DNA of 64,000 nucleotides from Marsupella aquatica (Eukaryota; Plantae; Marchantiophyta). The stretch is from the NCBI GenBank assembly GCA_973895155.1, contig OZ316893.1, positions 12,912,359 to 12,976,358 on the forward strand, given 5' to 3'. Shown here one piece after another: positions 28,159-41,141 of this stretch. The position numbers and the translations under genes were made by a program. Under the pieces are notes generated by a model. That model was given only the letters and a program-made list of their open reading frames with translations. It ran no database searches and was not told where the DNA came from. Each line of letters opens with the position of its first letter. The stretch's first letter is position 1.

Positions 28159-28285
28159 ACAACAACAACAACAACAACAACTTGCTCTGTTTGGTCCTAC
28201 TACGCATCGACAGGAGCGACGATTCCGGATCTGCAAACTCACTGTAGCACCGCACATGCACATGCACATGCACAAGCACAAGCAC
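28159..28285. repeat. (CAA)n and (CACATG)n/(CACAAG)n microsatellites in the ARF-GAP 5' region
   Basis: Directly visible short tandem repeats. Confidence 0.85.
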
Positions 28286-28673
28286 TGCTGCTGCTCTGCA
28301 GATCTGCGAAGAGACTCCGATTCCGGGACGACTGCGAGGCTTGAAATTTCTCGATTGCGCTTTTACCGTGCTGATTCATAATTGATTGATCCGGGGCCGT
28401 CGTCGATGCCAGTTCCCACGCGCTCCTCCGTTTGTTCCTTCCGTCTGCGTTTGGGTCGAGAGACAGACGGAAGCCGCAGGAGAAGAGAGGGGAGAGGGGA
28501 GACTGGAGAGGGAGAGTAAAAGGAACTGAACGGGATTATAGAGGCTGATGAAGTCCTCCGTTTGTTCCTTCCGTTTGGGTTTGAGAGTACACATTCAAGA
28601 CATTCAAGCTCCAGTACCTACTGAATTATTTTCCTTCCATTTGGGTTTGAGATTACACATTCAAGCTCGCTAA

Positions 28674-28912
28674 ACTAAACTACCCAATATTATTAACATG
28701 TCCCCAAACAAATACTAAACTACCCAATACTATTAACATGTCCCCAAACAAATACTAAACTACCCAATATTATTAACAGGTCCCACCTGTCCACTAAATT
28801 ACCCAATATTATTAACATGTCCCCAAACAAATACTAAACTACCCAATATTATTATCATGTCCCAGCTTTTTACTAACCTACCCAATATTATTAACATGTC
28901 CCCAAACAAAAT
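28674..28912. repeat. Minisatellite, ~40-bp unit x6
   Basis: actaaactacccaatattattaacatgtccccaaacaaat repeated with variants; an inverted copy lies at ~29284-29335. Confidence 0.9.
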
Positions 28913-29356
28913 TAACCAGGCCAGTGACCAAAGAGGTTTGGTCACAAAAGTTGAACTGTTGCAAATGTATTCTCTTTAGTATTGTAAGTTGTATTTTGCA
29001 AAATCATATGCGCAGAATAAAAATCTGGAGGCATTTCCAGGCCTACACCACAAAGCTGAACTGAAAGTTCAGCCAATTGTCAAAGTGTCCCTCGTTTTGT
29101 ATTTGGGTTAGTATTTAACTCATATGTGGGTTCCCGTAACCAAGTGGGGCCAAGGAAGGGGGCCAAGGAGTGTTGCAGTGGGCTCAGGCTATCCAGTAGT
29201 AACTTGCCACATGGCAATGGGAACCCGTATACAAGTTAATATTAACCCAAATAGGAAATGGGAAACATGTTGAGAATTAATTTTGTTTTGGGGGCATGTT
29301 AGCAATATTGGGTAATTCGGGGGACAGGTTAATAAAAAGCTGATTTTTTTAGTCAT

Positions 29357-29590
29357 TTTGTACAACTCCTCAAACTCAAACCTTATATCCTCAAAAACAT
29401 GCCCTTACTTTCCTTAAGCAATTATTTTGGGGCTTTTTGTACAACTCCTCAAACTCACCCTTATATCCTCAAAAATATGCCCTTACTTTCCTCAAGCAAC
29501 TATTTTGGGGCTTTTTGTACAACTCCTCAAACTCAATCTTATATCCTTGAAAATCTGCCCTTGGGAACTTTCCTTAAGCAGTTATTTTGG
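29357..29590. repeat. Tandem repeat, 78-79 bp unit x3
   Basis: tttgtacaactcctcaaactca..cttatatcct.aaaa..tgccctt..tttcct.aagca..tattttggg. Confidence 0.9.
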
Positions 29591-32500
29591 GAGAGTAGCT
29601 TGAATGTTAGAAATCACACCAAACAATTTTCAGCTCAAACAAAATTCATTTAGTCATCTAATAAAATGTTGGGGTTTATAAAAAATTAAGATTTTGTGGC
29701 GCCCTGGGTCAAGTGTTGGCGCCCTGTGCAGCAGAGATAGACCCTACAATGACTACCATGGAAATACTGTATTTTGGGATTTTTGAGAGTCCATAGGGTC
29801 TGATCAAGTACTGAATCCATCTTTGTGGTCAATCAAGTTTACAAGATGGTAGAGGGGATTGGTTAAATCCTTTCCTGTGGACTACAGGAGCAGCCATTAG
29901 GGAAGGCAACGACCCCATGGCCCCAAGGGGGATTATGTATAGGATTAACGGCATACAGTCCCCCATATGTCATATTCGCAATAAGGTCTCAATGCAAACA
30001 CAACATAAGAGTCCAGTCCATCTCAGCCAAGAGAGGAGCTAAAAGTGTGATCAAAGGCATACAATACCCTTTACGATTATACATGGTTGACATGCAGTTG
30101 CAAGCCCTATACCTCATAAAGGGAATTGCATGCCCTTTACGAGAAGTAAAACATGGCAAATACCATAATAAGTGAACAGACATTAAAGGGATGTGAATTG
30201 TGGAATGTTAAAAATGGTAAGGAATAAAAGTTACTTTGTGCAACCATTTCTAGAGGTCCATAATCTATTGTCCAAAATGTCATGATTGGTAATTTTTTGG
30301 TCTACCATATTTATATTCTATAATGATCCTCTTGGTTGAGGTTCTAGTCCAAGTAGGGTCTAAATCCTGCTTGGTAAAGCCAGGGAGCTAACTTAGTGTA
30401 TATTTTGGGGTACCATGTGCTACCATAGCCTACTGTAAATACACTTATTTTATAAAGAAGTTATTCCAAGAATATTTTATTACCTATTTCACATGATAAA
30501 AGGTATATATCATAGAATAATCTATATCTATGAGTTTTTGTACAACTCCTTCCAACCATAGTTGTGCCCTCATAGTCACGGTCTAGAGTAGCAAGCTGTG
30601 CCCCCAGACCCTAACTTTCAATAGTGCTATATTAGGTAGATTAAGGACCCCACGATAATAGTTTGCTAATTGGATCCAATATCTCAATATTTATGTACTT
30701 ATTGAGTGAACCTCACACTTTTGGACTGGGAATCTTTCTGTGGCCCTTAAGGTTTTAATTAGAAGCCCTACTATGGCATCTCATGGTTTCAAAGTGGCAG
30801 ACGATGGCTTTTGGCCATAAACCAATACCATAACTTTTCACAAGGTATGTTAGTAAACATTCTTTATATGTTTTTGCACTAACCTCTAGAGTGCCCTATG
30901 AAGACATGCTGAGAGTAAAGTAAAATAGAGCTATGATTTGAACCAGAGCAGCAGCAATTTGCATTTCACAAGAATCACTATGGGATGGGCCTGTGGCTGA
31001 TACATGAAGATACTCTCCAGGTCCCGCTTGTCCCTTCACGTCCTCCGTGATCCTTCTGTCCTTGCTCAGGTTTTGAAGCTGCACTAGAGCGTCTCATAAA
31101 CAAAAAAAAATTGGCACTTGAAGGGAGTCCCGCAAGGCAATCGGGAGCACCGCAACAGGGTACAAACGGTGTCGTGAGAAGAAGAAGTAAGGGGCTCCTC
31201 GGGTAAGCTACATGCTTCTGACTGCAATTGGCACAGGTGACAATCAAGTTTCAAAGCTCACAATTTTCCCTTTATATATGTGGTTTCCTCAACAAAGATA
31301 CAACTGAATGCCCCTGAGTAAGTTGCTTGCAAGAGTCTGGTCGCTGGTCTCTATGGCGGGCGACTACCTCTAACTTGTCAAGTTCAACCCCTAAGGTGGC
31401 TCTTAGATCAGAAACAACGGAAAAACTGCTCTCCTTAAGCTCACAATGACCAAAACTGACTAGCAACCTCACTAGCCTCACACTAGCACTCACAAAACTC
31501 ACACCTGAACCAATGAGACCCTGCCCAATGCTCACTGATCCATCGCTCACAACTGATTGTTATAGTCAACATCAGTCCAAAATTGATTATGCCTCTATGT
31601 CACACAAAATGAGTCACAATCCAAGTCTTGATTACTCTTTGGAAACACAATTGTTGTCTGGCCAACCGTCAACAGCCAAGCACCACCCACCAAGCCTCTC
31701 AGACAGATGACGATGAGTCACCAGTAGATCGGTCCACATTCCATCCAATCAAGCAACCTGTTCGCATCAACATAGTTGTGACTGACTGACGATGACTCGC
31801 CCATCACTCACTATAAAAGACCATCAATTCTCGGGCCGAATGTTTTGGCACGACAACGGGCAATTATTTTTTGGGGTAGGAAAAATGAGTGGCCTCATGA
31901 CACATTGAATGTTGTGTTTACAGTGAAATCAGGGCCTTTTACGGTCCCGGGCATGACTGGTTGGTCCTCACAATCGATGCCCAACTAGTCATGATTGTTG
32001 TCCCGAACCACAACACGCTTGGGTGCAATCAAAGCAGAAAAATGGACATATTTGAGATGCCCTATTGCAGACTGACTGATTGAGTCAATGCTCTCTCACA
32101 GACCCACTCAAAGGAACCCCGCCAGAACCTGATCAGTGGCTGGTCTTTAGGAGTGTATTCCTTAGGATGTAGTTTCTAAATTTATTGTTTAGTTGCCTCC
32201 TTTAGAAGGCCCAGCTTCCATCCTGGTACCGGCCTTACAGGTTTTTAGCACCTTTGGTCCCTGGGATGGTGTTCATGTTTTGGGGCCCCCCTTTTTGTAT
32301 ACTGGCTAAATGGAATTCATTTGGTTCTTTTAAAGGCAAAAAAACGAATCACTTGCCTGCTGTTGCCTTGCGGATGTGGGTACGATATGTGGTGGCAATC
32401 TATGATCCTTTTAGCCAGCCAACGAGACAAGTTCGCTTCTTTGATTCTGTTGTCTTTCATCCGGCTGTAAAGTTCATGCCTCGAGATTCGCGCCAATGAT

Positions 32501-33095
32501 TGATTTGTTGGAGTTACTGTCGAGCGAGGAGAACGGGGATCCAATAATAGGTCATTGAGCTTGCGTCGTTTGCTGATGGATCCGGATTTCATCTGAGAGG
32601 GCTTTCGAAAGGTAGACCTACCACCGGTATGGTGTACATCCGTATCAAATGTGGGGCAGCCGGAAGGGCTCCTTTATTTTGTTTGCAATGTTTGAATCAA
32701 TAACTAGAATTCCCTCATTTGCACGCATGATTGTCGCCCGCCCAACAAATACAAAAACGAGAGTGAAAGAAGTCTCAGGAGAATGGACGCTGAGTCGAGA
32801 GTGCCAAGAACGACATAGTACTGCATGACAACTGGACTCAGACATGGTATGCTTAAGGACGCTGTCTGTAGTGCGGTGCCAATGGATGATTGTTTAGGTT
32901 CTAACAGGAGGTAATTTGTTTGCATCATGTGGAGAAGGTAGTGTTGAGATTCATCTGCGGTTGAGAGTGGATTGGGATGCGGGCGCTGGGAGTCGATTAG
33001 TGGGCAGTTGTTTGGAATTGTTGACAGATTTTGGGCGACGTGTTATTTTTCTGGCTTGATTTTGAAGCTGGTGGTCGCTCGGTAGCCGGCTGAGC

Positions 33096-35363
33096 ATGGA
33101 GGATGGGAGTCGGAAAAGAGATGAACAGGACGGAGTTGCAACTTCTCAGTCTGGGTCTGCAATTGTTGAATCCCAAGGAATTGGAGTGGAAGAGCATGCC
33201 GTTGAGGGAGAGCCCTGTATCGACAGGTTGGATATTTCGGATACAGGGGCAGCAGAAGGTGGCATGTCAAGGACAGAGGAGGAAGCTCCTGTAGATTTAG
33301 CCGACAGTGTTGTGAGAGATGATCCGGAGGAAGGACCAATTTTGAATCTTAATGGGATTACAGCCAGCGATCAAAGGGACTTGCAACCTAGAAGCCATAG
33401 CCTGCAATCGACGATTAAATTGGGAGATGCTGTTGAAGATGATGCTCGAGCTGTGGCTAGGAGTCTGACTGCTCTGCTAGCTTCTCTCAAATCTGCTTTG
33501 TCTGAGGTAAGTGACTTCAGTTTCTGGCCTCCCCAACATGGGCTCGTGCACGTCAATTACGTCGTAATTATCCTGTCCAGCACCTTGAACTTGAATACGG
33601 GTAATAGAATGTATGGATCGCCTTCAGGCTTCACTGGGCTGGCTCGAGTTATGCATGCCTGAGAGTGGTTGATGGAGTGGCAAAGGAATAGGGTCAAGAG
33701 AGTATGGAGCGTTGTTCACAGTCGCTGCCAATGGGTACAGGTGAAAGATACACGGGGCCAACCTGCTCTTTGTCACCCGACCGCCAAAAGTGCTCTCTTG
33801 GCATAAGTTGTTGGCTCTCCATAACCTAATTCCGCCCACTGCATTTCCTTACACTGGGACATCTGTCACGTGATAGATAGGTGCCAAAGCTGGGAAGTCT
33901 CCACTCCAATTCAGACCTTGAAGTAGTGGTGTACCTTGGACGTGAGGGTACAGGGTGTGAAGGGTTCAGGACAACGAGTTTGGGTGTCTTGGAGTTTGCT
34001 TTTGGAGGATTACAAGTTGGGAAAGGAAGAAAATACCGTAGGTATTAAGTTTGTACTTTACCGTGATGTTTAGGTTACTGGGAGCTCGCTTCAGCACATG
34101 CGTTGTGAAAATGAAGCTGCTGGCCAAGTGCAAGATGTTGGTAAGCTGTCCTGTGGCACATCTTCAGCATGAATGATGGATCCCCGTAAATTACTTTTAC
34201 AGCAGGTGAAGCGAAAGTTGGTTCCAACCTGTGACGTACTGTGTTCTAACATCGTGACCGTAACCGATGTCACGATCTCAATTCAACAGGAACGCGTACT
34301 GTTTTATTAGTAGGTTAAAATTTGCCTTTTTGTTCTAGCTGGAAAATATGTGATGCCATTGTTTATCGATCATTAATGAGATTATGAGAATTCTAATTTT
34401 TGTCAATGTGACAGCCATTGATGCTGCAACGAAAGGAAATCGTTTCATAAATTCGTGTCTAAGGTACAACCTCAAAACAACCTCGGTTGTGATTTTGAAT
34501 ATAGTTGTCATCCTCGAACTTGCTCGGATGTTGGGTACTGCTACCATTTCACAGCTTCTATAAATTTTCTCATTCTCCGGCCTCAGAAAGAACTACGGAG
34601 TGTGAAACTTTGGAGGCACGCTTTTGAAGAGACGGGAACTGTCAAACAGATAAATCATTGCTTATGTAGTTCACAAAAATGCAAGAATGAGTTCCCCCCC
34701 TCTATATTGAGCTCGGCATAAAGCAGCCACATTTTCTTTTCAGAGTTTCTTGTCAACAAATTCCCAAAAGCATTGCAGCTGTAAAAACAATTTAAGATTT
34801 CAATTGGTGCGCATGCGGCGCTTTCTCGCTCATCAATCTTGTCAGAAAGTCGACTTCTGTCATGATCCTGTCAGTAATCCATTTGAATGGCTTGCGTCCA
34901 GCTTCACCATCTCGCTGTGTATCGTAGTCACAGTCTCACAACCCGTAGGGTTCAATACATTGAACCTCGATTAAAATCCAGTTTTGCTCAACTCATGGGC
35001 TCCAAGGTTTTCACATTGAGCCTGGGTCACATAAACTTGGGGTGGTTTCTAAATCAGCCCAGGAGACACTGGAGCAACTGCAACTCACTGAGAAAGCAGA
35101 ACCATGATTATTGGCCAAGGTACTTGACCGAAACTTCTTGATTGTATCTGTGGCAGATTGAATGAAGAGATGAAGGGCATGAATCGTTTGGCGACCCAAC
35201 TGTATCCTTATAGCCAGCTACTTCTTTAGTTTCTTCAAGTTTTCAAATGCTGCTCGTCTGACTTGCCTTTTGTGTTACCTTAACAGAATCAATTAGAGAA
35301 TCCTTGAAGCAGAGAGTGGATCAATTTGAGTACCAGTCAAATCGGTACCTACCTCGGCAGTAG
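33096..35363 (+). CDS. BLOC-1-related complex subunit 6 (BORCS6)-like protein; exons 33096-33506, 34074-34140, 34415-34463, 35157-35201, 35297-35363
   Basis: Acidic disordered N-terminus, then ARAVARSLTALLASLKSALSEVTGSSLQHMRC..AAGQVQDVAIDAATKGNRFINSCLRLNEEMKGMNRLATQLESLKQRVD, which I recall as the plant BORCS6 C-terminal helix; all exons in frame. Confidence 0.8.
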
Positions 35364-36446
35364 ACGCCGTTGAACTACATGCAGACTTTCTTTCCGTCGA
35401 AAAACAGGGGCTGGTGCTCGTGAGTCCGTCATGGCAAGAGTGTAGCCACCTTCAGGTGAAACGGAAAATCTGCCATGTTCCTCACATTCATGTGGAACAC
35501 TTTGCATTGCCTATATTATTACAACTGGCGGTAAACGGGATTCATCAAACATTCACCTTGTCTAGGTCATTATGCATTTGTGTAAATTACTACCGTCATA
35601 GGCAGCCAAAAATGGGTTGGAGGTAACGAAATAGGGTCGTTATGACTCATCTCTGTAAGTTATACTTGAGTGCAGCGAGATATTTCTCGTGATCTGAAAA
35701 AAGAACCCAAATTGGGTTTTAGTAGCAATTACAGCAATAAATCTAAGCAATTTTAGAAGCCGCCGTATTTGTGAATCTCTGTCCTCAGCATGTTACTCCC
35801 TCTTTGTGAATCTCTGACCTCAGAATGCTCATCCCTCTTCCATGCACTTCGATAGAATGTTTTCCTCACTGCCGTTTGGAGATTGATTATACCTCCCATG
35901 GCTGATCGAAGACTGATCTAGAGGGGAGTCCTCATTCGTTACACCTCAACACGTGATTTTTGTTTGTGTCTTGACCCTCAAACGGGTTGATAGCCTGGGG
36001 ACATATATTCTATGACTTTGCATCTGAAGGGGAGTCATGATTCGGCCCCTGGATCTCAAGAAGCACATTAACATTAACAGTGTAATTCTTCCATTTGCCG
36101 TTCCTGGAAAGAAATTAAGCATTCTTGGCGTCTCATGAAGTCTACCGGTTCTGAAGCTGTCAATGACAATGAACGTTATGAATATATGAAGTGGCTCTGT
36201 TGATGGTGAGTTAACTCTCGCGTCATAAACCTGGCGATACTGTATTGCGTGCGGCGGGACATGACTCGCTGATGACAGGATTTTACAAGTATGTTGAGTT
36301 GAGCCCAAAAAAGTATAACCGTAAATACTCCCCTTAAAGCTCTTAATTAACTCACTAAAACTCAGGTTGGATTTACTAAGTACTCCACTCTGACATACTC
36401 CACAACGTAGACGAAACATCTAGCTGAAAGAAAACCAAGTTCCTCA

Positions 36447-36580
36447 CTAGCTCCACCCAAAACGAAATTGCAAATCCCAATTCTTCACAAGCTCAAATTG
36501 CAGTCCCACTTGACTAGCTCCACCCAAAACGAAATTGCAAATCCCAATTCTTCACTAGCTCAAATTGCAGTCCCACTTGA
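36447..36580. repeat. Tandem duplication, ~67 bp x2
   Basis: ctagctccacccaaaacgaaattgcaaatcccaattcttcac.agctcaaattgcagtcccacttga twice. Confidence 0.9.
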
Positions 36581-38748
36581 CATAGAGCTTAAATTTGGAC
36601 CAAAACGAAAGAAATGGGTCAAAACGAAATGTGAAATCCCTACGTTGGGAATTTGAGTTGTCAACTCAGAATACAAATCAATTCACCAGTTTTGTCCTGC
36701 AATTAAACCTGAATCAATTGCATGGAGCTCCTTACTATGAAATCCTTAGCAGCACGACGTCTGTAACTCACGAAGTGTATGGGAGCTCACAAAGTAGAAC
36801 ACGCAACCTCTGGGTGACTTGGGGTAAAGTCACTTTTAGAACCTTTAGTGCAATTTCACCATGTAATACACTCACAGGTTCATAGGCGGTTGGAAGTCAA
36901 CTTTAACTCACCCTGAACCCGAGTCAAAATGACCCACGACTCACCTGCCTTTTGGCACTTTATACCACCACTGTCCATAATATAAAAGGAGAAATGTCTA
37001 ATACTTCTCATTTTTTCACATTTCTCTCCTCTAGGGTGAGACTTTGCTCCACAATTTCAAGAAAATGATACTAAAAGTTAAAATTTGGTGGATCCAGGTT
37101 TTGTTATGGACAGTGGCGCTTTAAAGAAAACACTAATTTAGAAAAATAATGTCTTAGAACTAGTGTACTAATTTCCTTGTTTGCAGACCATTCAGGAAGA
37201 TAATCACCACTCAAAGTTAGTCCTTGTAACCAGAGCATTATAACAATAATAACCCCTCAGAACTCAAGCTAACGTCCTCCTTTGGAAATTCTGGCTTGCA
37301 GTAATCCTTAATATTTAACATACTGTTTTTATTTGGGGAAAAAACATTTATTCACCACTTGATTTATAGTGGGAAACAAAAATATTACTGCACAAAATTT
37401 AGCTTCAGTGAACATTTTCAAACTGTTCTTGTAACAAATGAACTGGGCACACTTACCAGTTAGTTTAAACAATGGCATTGATCTTCCTTCTTTTTTGTTG
37501 CATACTACATCAGACACTCTATAGACCCACTACTGGCCAGTTTGTTGCCCCCCAGATTCCCACATTTTGTCGGGGACGATGGGGAAACCAGGATGGTGAA
37601 TCAATGCATTTGCACAAAAAAGATATTATTCTAGCCCTCTATTTTTTTCCAACAACGATGAGTGATCTAGGAATCTGATCATTTATGACAATTTGCAATT
37701 GTAGCTAAATTCAGACTGGCGTTTTATGTTTGCCCTCATGTTTGCCTGGATTTATCAATTTCCCAGATGTGTCCTGTGTCCCAATCCCCACATTTTTTGA
37801 GTCTTCATTTATCATTTTTTGAAATGCAACGAGGATAAGCCAAACGAGACGCAGATTAATTATTATTGACATTTTGACATAGTCTTGATTCTATTTCCCT
37901 TGTGCTAGCAAATCCAATCCATTCCCACCATGTTATAAATCTATCAACCTCCTTTCACAAAGACCGACAAGGTAAAACACAAAGGAACTTTCTAAGAACA
38001 TACACACAAAGAGATGTCGTTGGTAGATTGGATAACTTTGGAGTGAGAGCAGTATAGGGTAATAACATTGTCACCTCTAATTATCAATATTTTTCAATAT
38101 ATATTAATTTATTGTCCAAAATTAAGGGTGACGGTAAATAGTGTCACTTGGCTGAAAATCAAGAGTTACCCCAAATTAGTGTGTGTGACACTAATTGTTA
38201 ATGACACTAATTGTTTTGTGACACTAAATACTGGAAAGAGTGTAGCTTTTGCATATAGGAATGCCCTGGTAATTAACAGGGCATCGTGGATCCCCCCAAA
38301 CGTGAGTTCTTTAGCTCAATCCTTTAGGGCTGTCAATACCCTTATAGCAGGGCTTTAATACACTTAAAAGTCTTAATAGCTTTTTATTCTTCAGTAGTTT
38401 AGCAAAAGAAGGAGAAATTTGGAAATCCCCACCCAAAACTTGACGATGCATTCTTCTCTATAAAACCCCAAAAAATCACGAAGAGAAGAATCACAACAAT
38501 GCCCTGATAATACCCTGATAAGAGAGCATTGTGGGCCACAACAACCCCAAAAGTGAATACTGTACCTTGAGTCTTGAGGGCTATTATGGTCTACAAAGCC
38601 CTCATAGTAGGGCATCAATATACTTGAAATCTACTGCAGTAGGTTTTTAATTTTAATAATTTGTAGTGAAAGTAGAAGAGAAGGTTCAGAATGAGCTCAC
38701 CCAAATTTTGAGTCTGCATTCTTCTCCTCGATTGTAACAACAAAGGGA

Positions 38749-39350
38749 AACATCACTAACGGCAAGTTAGTTTTTTGGTTTTCTTTTGATTGCAATTACA
38801 AAGTGAAAAATCACGAACCCCATCAAGTTAGTTTTTTGGTTTTCTTCCGAGTGCAATTACAAAGAGAAAAATGACGAAGGGTATCAAGTTAGTGTTTTGG
38901 TTTTCTTTTGATTGCAATTACAAAGAGTGAAATCACTAACTGCTTCAAGTTAGTTTTTTGGTTTTCTTTTTGATTGCAATTACAAAGAGAAAAATCACTA
39001 ACTGTATCAAGCTAGTATTTTGGTTTTCTTTTGATTGCAATTACAAAGAGTGAAAATCACTAACTGCATCAAGTTAGTTTTTTGGTTTTCTTTTTGATTG
39101 CAATTACAAAGAGTGAAAATCACTAAGTGCATCAAGTTAGTATTTTGGTTTTCTTTTTGATTGCAATTACAAAGAGTAAAATCACTAACTGCATCAAGTT
39201 AGTATTTTGGTTTTCTTTGATTGGAATTACAAAGAGAAAACTAACGAAGGGTATCAAGTTAGTTTTTGGTTTTCTTTTGATCGCAATAATTAGGAAGAGA
39301 AAAATCACGAAAAGGCATCAAGTTCGTTGTTTGGTTTTCTTTTTGGTTTT
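38749..39350. repeat. Minisatellite, ~60-bp unit x~10
   Basis: aatcactaactgcatcaagttagttttttggttttcttttgattgcaattacaaagagaa with small variants. Confidence 0.95.
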
Positions 39351-39889
39351 CTTTATGTAAGAATCATGTCTCTTCAGTTCTCCTTCTCACGCAGTTTTTC
39401 TGTAACTGTTTAAGATTTGATCTCAGCTTCGTTGCCCAAGCCATGAAATGCATTGTGGCGTCGCGGTAGCAATTCGAGCCAGCCGGCCATCAGATTCAGC
39501 CGAAGCCCATAGCTTGACCTTGTGCTCAACGAACCAGAAATTTGTGGCCTGCGACATATTCTGCATCAGAACTTAGTTAATTTTAACAGAACGGTCTGAT
39601 CACAGACATTGAATTCGGTGTTTGGATCTGGTGAATACAATTCAACAGCTGCTGAATGCATGGCATGCCGCTGTCGCACGAGTGTTGAAAAGACGGACAG
39701 TGTTCGAGATTGATTTCATGGAACTTGCTCGGCGACGCAATTCAAGAGAATGATCGAGAGGAGTCCTTCGTAACATTGAATTGATGAGCTCGCGGGAGCC
39801 ACTTTGGTACTAAATTGCCCAGTTACTGAACGTAGTACCCGATCGAGCGCTAGCTAGGGTTCCGACTACATCGATCATGGCCTCGTTGG

Positions 39890-40500
39890 GCAGTGTGCAG
39901 GCCAAGCGGGAGTCCTTGTGTAAACTTCGCATTGTTGACATCGAGTTCAAAATCTCTCGCCTCGGTGCGTCTATCCTTCAACCAAATCCCCTCTTTCTCC
40001 AACTGTACTTTTGTCTCAATCAAATTCCGATCGGATAAGTGGTCAATTAATCTGATTCCAATGCTGCAAGATTTATTTTTGATATGTATCATGTCCAAGT
40101 TCAAGGGACAAGCTCTGCAATGACCACTGCTACGGAATGTTTTCCATCGAAATGAACACTATCCTCAGCAATAAAGAGTCAAACAGTGGGGCAGACAAAG
40201 GTAACCGAGGGGGACACTGTGACGGAATTCATGGAGCTCTCCAACTCATTGGTGCACGAACTTGAATTCAGTGTAGATGTCGACTTAGTGGAGTGTGAGA
40301 AATACACGTGATACTCCTAGACTACTGATCGAGAGAACACCCGTGATTCAAGCATAATTATGTAGATCTCGATGACTAGGATTACCGAGAAGAAGTTATA
40401 TGTCATCGAACAATTTTGGCATTCTCGGACTACTTCAGGCGACTTCAGGTGGCCTGAAAGTGTATAATACTAATTCATAAGCATTTGGGACTTTCTACCT
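39890..40500 (+). pseudogene. Possible highly decayed LRR gene fragment
   Basis: SLASVRLSFNQIPSFSNCTFVSI and YMSSNNFG resemble the plant extracellular LRR consensus; frames are broken. Confidence 0.3.
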
Positions 40501-41141
40501 CACCCCAGAGAAATCGAATCCCCTAAATTTGAACATAGTCTTGATCACGGAGGGTAAGGCTAGCTATGACGTACATGACTCGATTCAAAGACGCGGAATC
40601 TTATCCATGGAGTTTGACATATCCATCAAACGCGATGTTTCATTTGTCATCATTTGAATGAATGAATAGATATAATTATCACCGGGATCCAGAAAACGCC
40701 ATTGGACAAACAATGTAGTGATGAACCACAGTACGTGGATGCCATTCTCAATAGGAGCTTAGCAAAGCTAGTAAACGTACGTACAGGCCAATAACTAGCA
40801 AGACGATCAGATCTGAATTCGATGTCTAATGAGCGCGCACAAGAACCCCGACAAGAACGAGACAGAGGGGAAGACAGACAGACCCCGGTCGCTAGAAAGA
40901 AGAACAACCTGAGCCAGCATTCCGTTAAACCACACTGCTCGATGTCCGAGATCTGCAATCTTTCGGAACAAGCATCAAAATCTGCTTGACTTACGTCGGA
41001 TGATCTGTAGCTGAATCTTAACTGAGACTTTCTGTCATTCAAGCAATTAAGCTGTCGATTAAAAATTCGTGAGTCCGAACATGTCTATTGGCATTTCCCT
41101 GATCTAATGTTTGTTAGCTGAAATCGCAATCGATTAACCAG

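Noticed and set aside
27971-28381. PolyQ/His-rich ORF and Cys-rich antisense ORF
   Set aside because: Translation artefacts of (CAA)n and (CACATG)n microsatellites in the ARF-GAP 5' region.
35946-36419. 157-aa minus-strand ORF
   Set aside because: No recognisable motif or exon context; probably a chance ORF.
38749-39350. CRISPR-like array with a palindromic repeat core
   Set aside because: Sequence between the cores is also repeated, so there are no unique spacers; no cas genes; eukaryotic context. It is a minisatellite.
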